Of a DNA stretch of 36,951 bases, positions 35,594-36,951 are shown one piece after another. Under the pieces are notes generated by a model. It made no database searches, was not told the DNA's origin, and worked only from the letters and a program-made list of their open reading frames with translations. Numbering within the stretch: position 1 is the stretch's first letter; each line of letters starts with the position of its first letter. The position numbers and the translations under genes are program-made. This DNA comes from a virus (lineage: Duplodnaviria > Caudoviricetes), in IMG/VR virus record IMGVR_UViG_3300010052_000161, positions 1-36,951 of that record, one strand, 5' to 3'.

Positions 35594-36951
35594 GGTGCAC
35601 CCCCTTCCATCGAATCATTGTCTGCCGGAGAATCGGTCGCGTCATCGAGCGTGCCGTACCTCCGCGCCTTCCCTTCCCAAGCGCCGCGCCAGTCTTCATC
35701 CGTGGCCCAGTTATTCTCGTGCATCGTTTCGAGCTGGTTCTTGGCATCCTCCAGCGAATGAACCTTCACACCACGACGGGCCGCATCGCCTGTGATGTAT
35801 CCCTTCACACAGGCGAACGCCCGCTTGCTGTCGATCATGTTCCGAGGAAGAGGCTTCGGCGGAGAGATCGGGTTCCCCAGTCCCTCGTGCCAGTAGTCCC
35901 TGTATTCACGCCAAACCGGATGCGTTTCTGCTCGGGACTGATGGTTGTTGTCCCGGTCGACCGGAGCAGCGGTCAGGCGGAAGAACGGATTTTTCCATTC
36001 CCCGATGAGCTTCTCCACGACACTCGCGATGTGCTTTACGACCCCGTCCAACGTCTTCATTTCTTCACGCTGCCGAAGCCATTCCCCGTCGATCTCCAGC
36101 TCGATGCGTGTCGCTGCTTCAGGAATTAGTCCGCCCCAGCGATTCATGACCATCGCCACCTGGTACTCAGGGCTCTGCCGCTCGTACTCCTTTCGCTTGT
36201 CGTAGATCCGCACTTTGACTTGGCCGCTGCTCATCGTTGAGCCGGTCCGTACGCGGTTCACCTGATAATCCGACTGGCACGTGAAGGTCCCAACAAAGCA
36301 ACCTTGGTCGATCGCCGGTTTGATCGTTTCCCTCCAATCGGTGCCCGGCAGATCGAGACAGATGTCGATGCGGCGGGGCCATTCGTCCACCACACGGCAG
36401 CCGAGGCTCGCCAGCATCTGATGGAACAGTTCGCGGATCTTCCACGCGCCCCAGATCAGGCAGCTCGTCCCGGGGATCTTGTAGTACAGGTTTGCGCAGA
36501 AGCGATCTTTCGCCTCTCGAAAGGAGAACGCGAGCATCGCCGGCCCATACTCGACGCGGTACGTCTGCCGAGCCTGCTTTCCTCCCCCAACGCCACGCGG
36601 ATACAGCAGAACCGAATGCCCGGCCAGGGAGAGTTCCACCGGCTTGTTCTCCTCGAGAGCCGTGGACATCTTCTGGTCCATGACGAAGAACTGCTTCTCG
36701 TCTGCTTCCGACACGTCGATGATCCCACCGCACTCCAGCCAGTCCCAGTTGACGGATGACTTCGTGTAGCGGACTACTCCCTCCTGGCTATTCTCCGGGG
36801 GCGTGTTACTAGGGCTCGCCCCCGGAGGCCCTCCAACTGGCGTCACGGCCGCCTGCTGGGGCTCGTCGCCGTCGGCCGGCTCCTCGCCGCATCGGCCTCC
36901 GTGACGCTCCTCCGGCGCCGACCATCCTTGGCCCTGATCAAATGACTGCAT
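35581..36951 (-). CDS. Rolling-circle replication initiator/relaxase, Rep_trans-like (start uncertain, at the window edge)
   Basis: RRIDICLD, VRIYDKRKE and TRIELEI are the spaced motifs of the Rep_trans (pT181 RepC/NicK/RstA) family. Confidence 0.75.
   Translation of the reverse strand: MQSFDQGQGWSAPEERHGGRCGEEPADGDEPQQAAVTPVGGPPGASPSNTPPENSQEGVVRYTKSSVNWDWLECGGIIDVSEADEKQFFVMDQKMSTALEENKPVELSLAGHSVLLYPRGVGGGKQARQTYRVEYGPAMLAFSFREAKDRFCANLYYKIPGTSCLIWGAWKIRELFHQMLASLGCRVVDEWPRRIDICLDLPGTDWRETIKPAIDQGCFVGTFTCQSDYQVNRVRTGSTMSSGQVKVRIYDKRKEYERQSPEYQVAMVMNRWGGLIPEAATRIELEIDGEWLRQREEMKTLDGVVKHIASVVEKLIGEWKNPFFRLTAAPVDRDNNHQSRAETHPVWREYRDYWHEGLGNPISPPKPLPRNMIDSKRAFACVKGYITGDAARRGVKVHSLEDAKNQLETMHENNWATDEDWRGAWEGKARRYGTLDDATDSPADNDSMEGGAPCPE
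36793..36827 (-). other. Putative dso/oriT nick-site hairpin inside the 5' part of rep
   Basis: Perfect 11-bp inverted repeat CTCCGGGGGCG/CGCCCCCGGAG with a 13-nt loop (minus strand AGCCCTAGTAACA). Confidence 0.6.

Larger units (their letters stand above)
33976..36951 (-). mobile_element. Integrative rolling-circle element (int-xis-rep) inserted at the tRNA-Leu 3' end; continues past the right edge
   Basis: Integrase converges on the tRNA 3' end, composition is visibly less GC-rich, and the gene order is rep-xis-int. Confidence 0.75.

Overview
A GC-rich window, probably from a Planctomycetota-like bacterium (inferred from protein style and repeat types, not a database result). It holds two distinct mobile-element-like blocks separated by an intact tRNA-Leu(UAA) at 33890-33975. 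Block 1 (about 1-33050, almost all minus strand) is a tailed-phage gene cluster in scrambled order. Read in the direction of transcription it runs: HExxH peptidase, tape-measure-like protein, accessory genes, sigma factor, ParB-like protein, split SF2 helicase, Zn-TOPRIM primase, a membrane protein/papain-like peptidase/thioredoxin-like module, fibre-like genes, WD40 protein, terminase, portal, Ser/Cys-rich protein, second sigma factor, prohead protease, decoration protein, major capsid, gp36-like connector, tail completion, tail tube, gpG-like protein, cupin and a large tail protein. No integrase, repressor or muralytic endolysin is recognisable in this block. It carries 12 perfect copies of the palindrome CTCCGCGCGGAG, three copies of a 65-90 bp intergenic element, several REP-like hairpins, synonymously diverged duplications at gene junctions and a 62-nt tRNA-like minihelix. 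Block 2 (33977-36951) lies on the 3' side of the tRNA and looks like a separate rolling-circle integrative element: tyrosine integrase, Xis-like HTH protein and a Rep_trans-like initiator with a dso-like hairpin. All protein calls come from motif recognition and synteny by eye; no searches were run.
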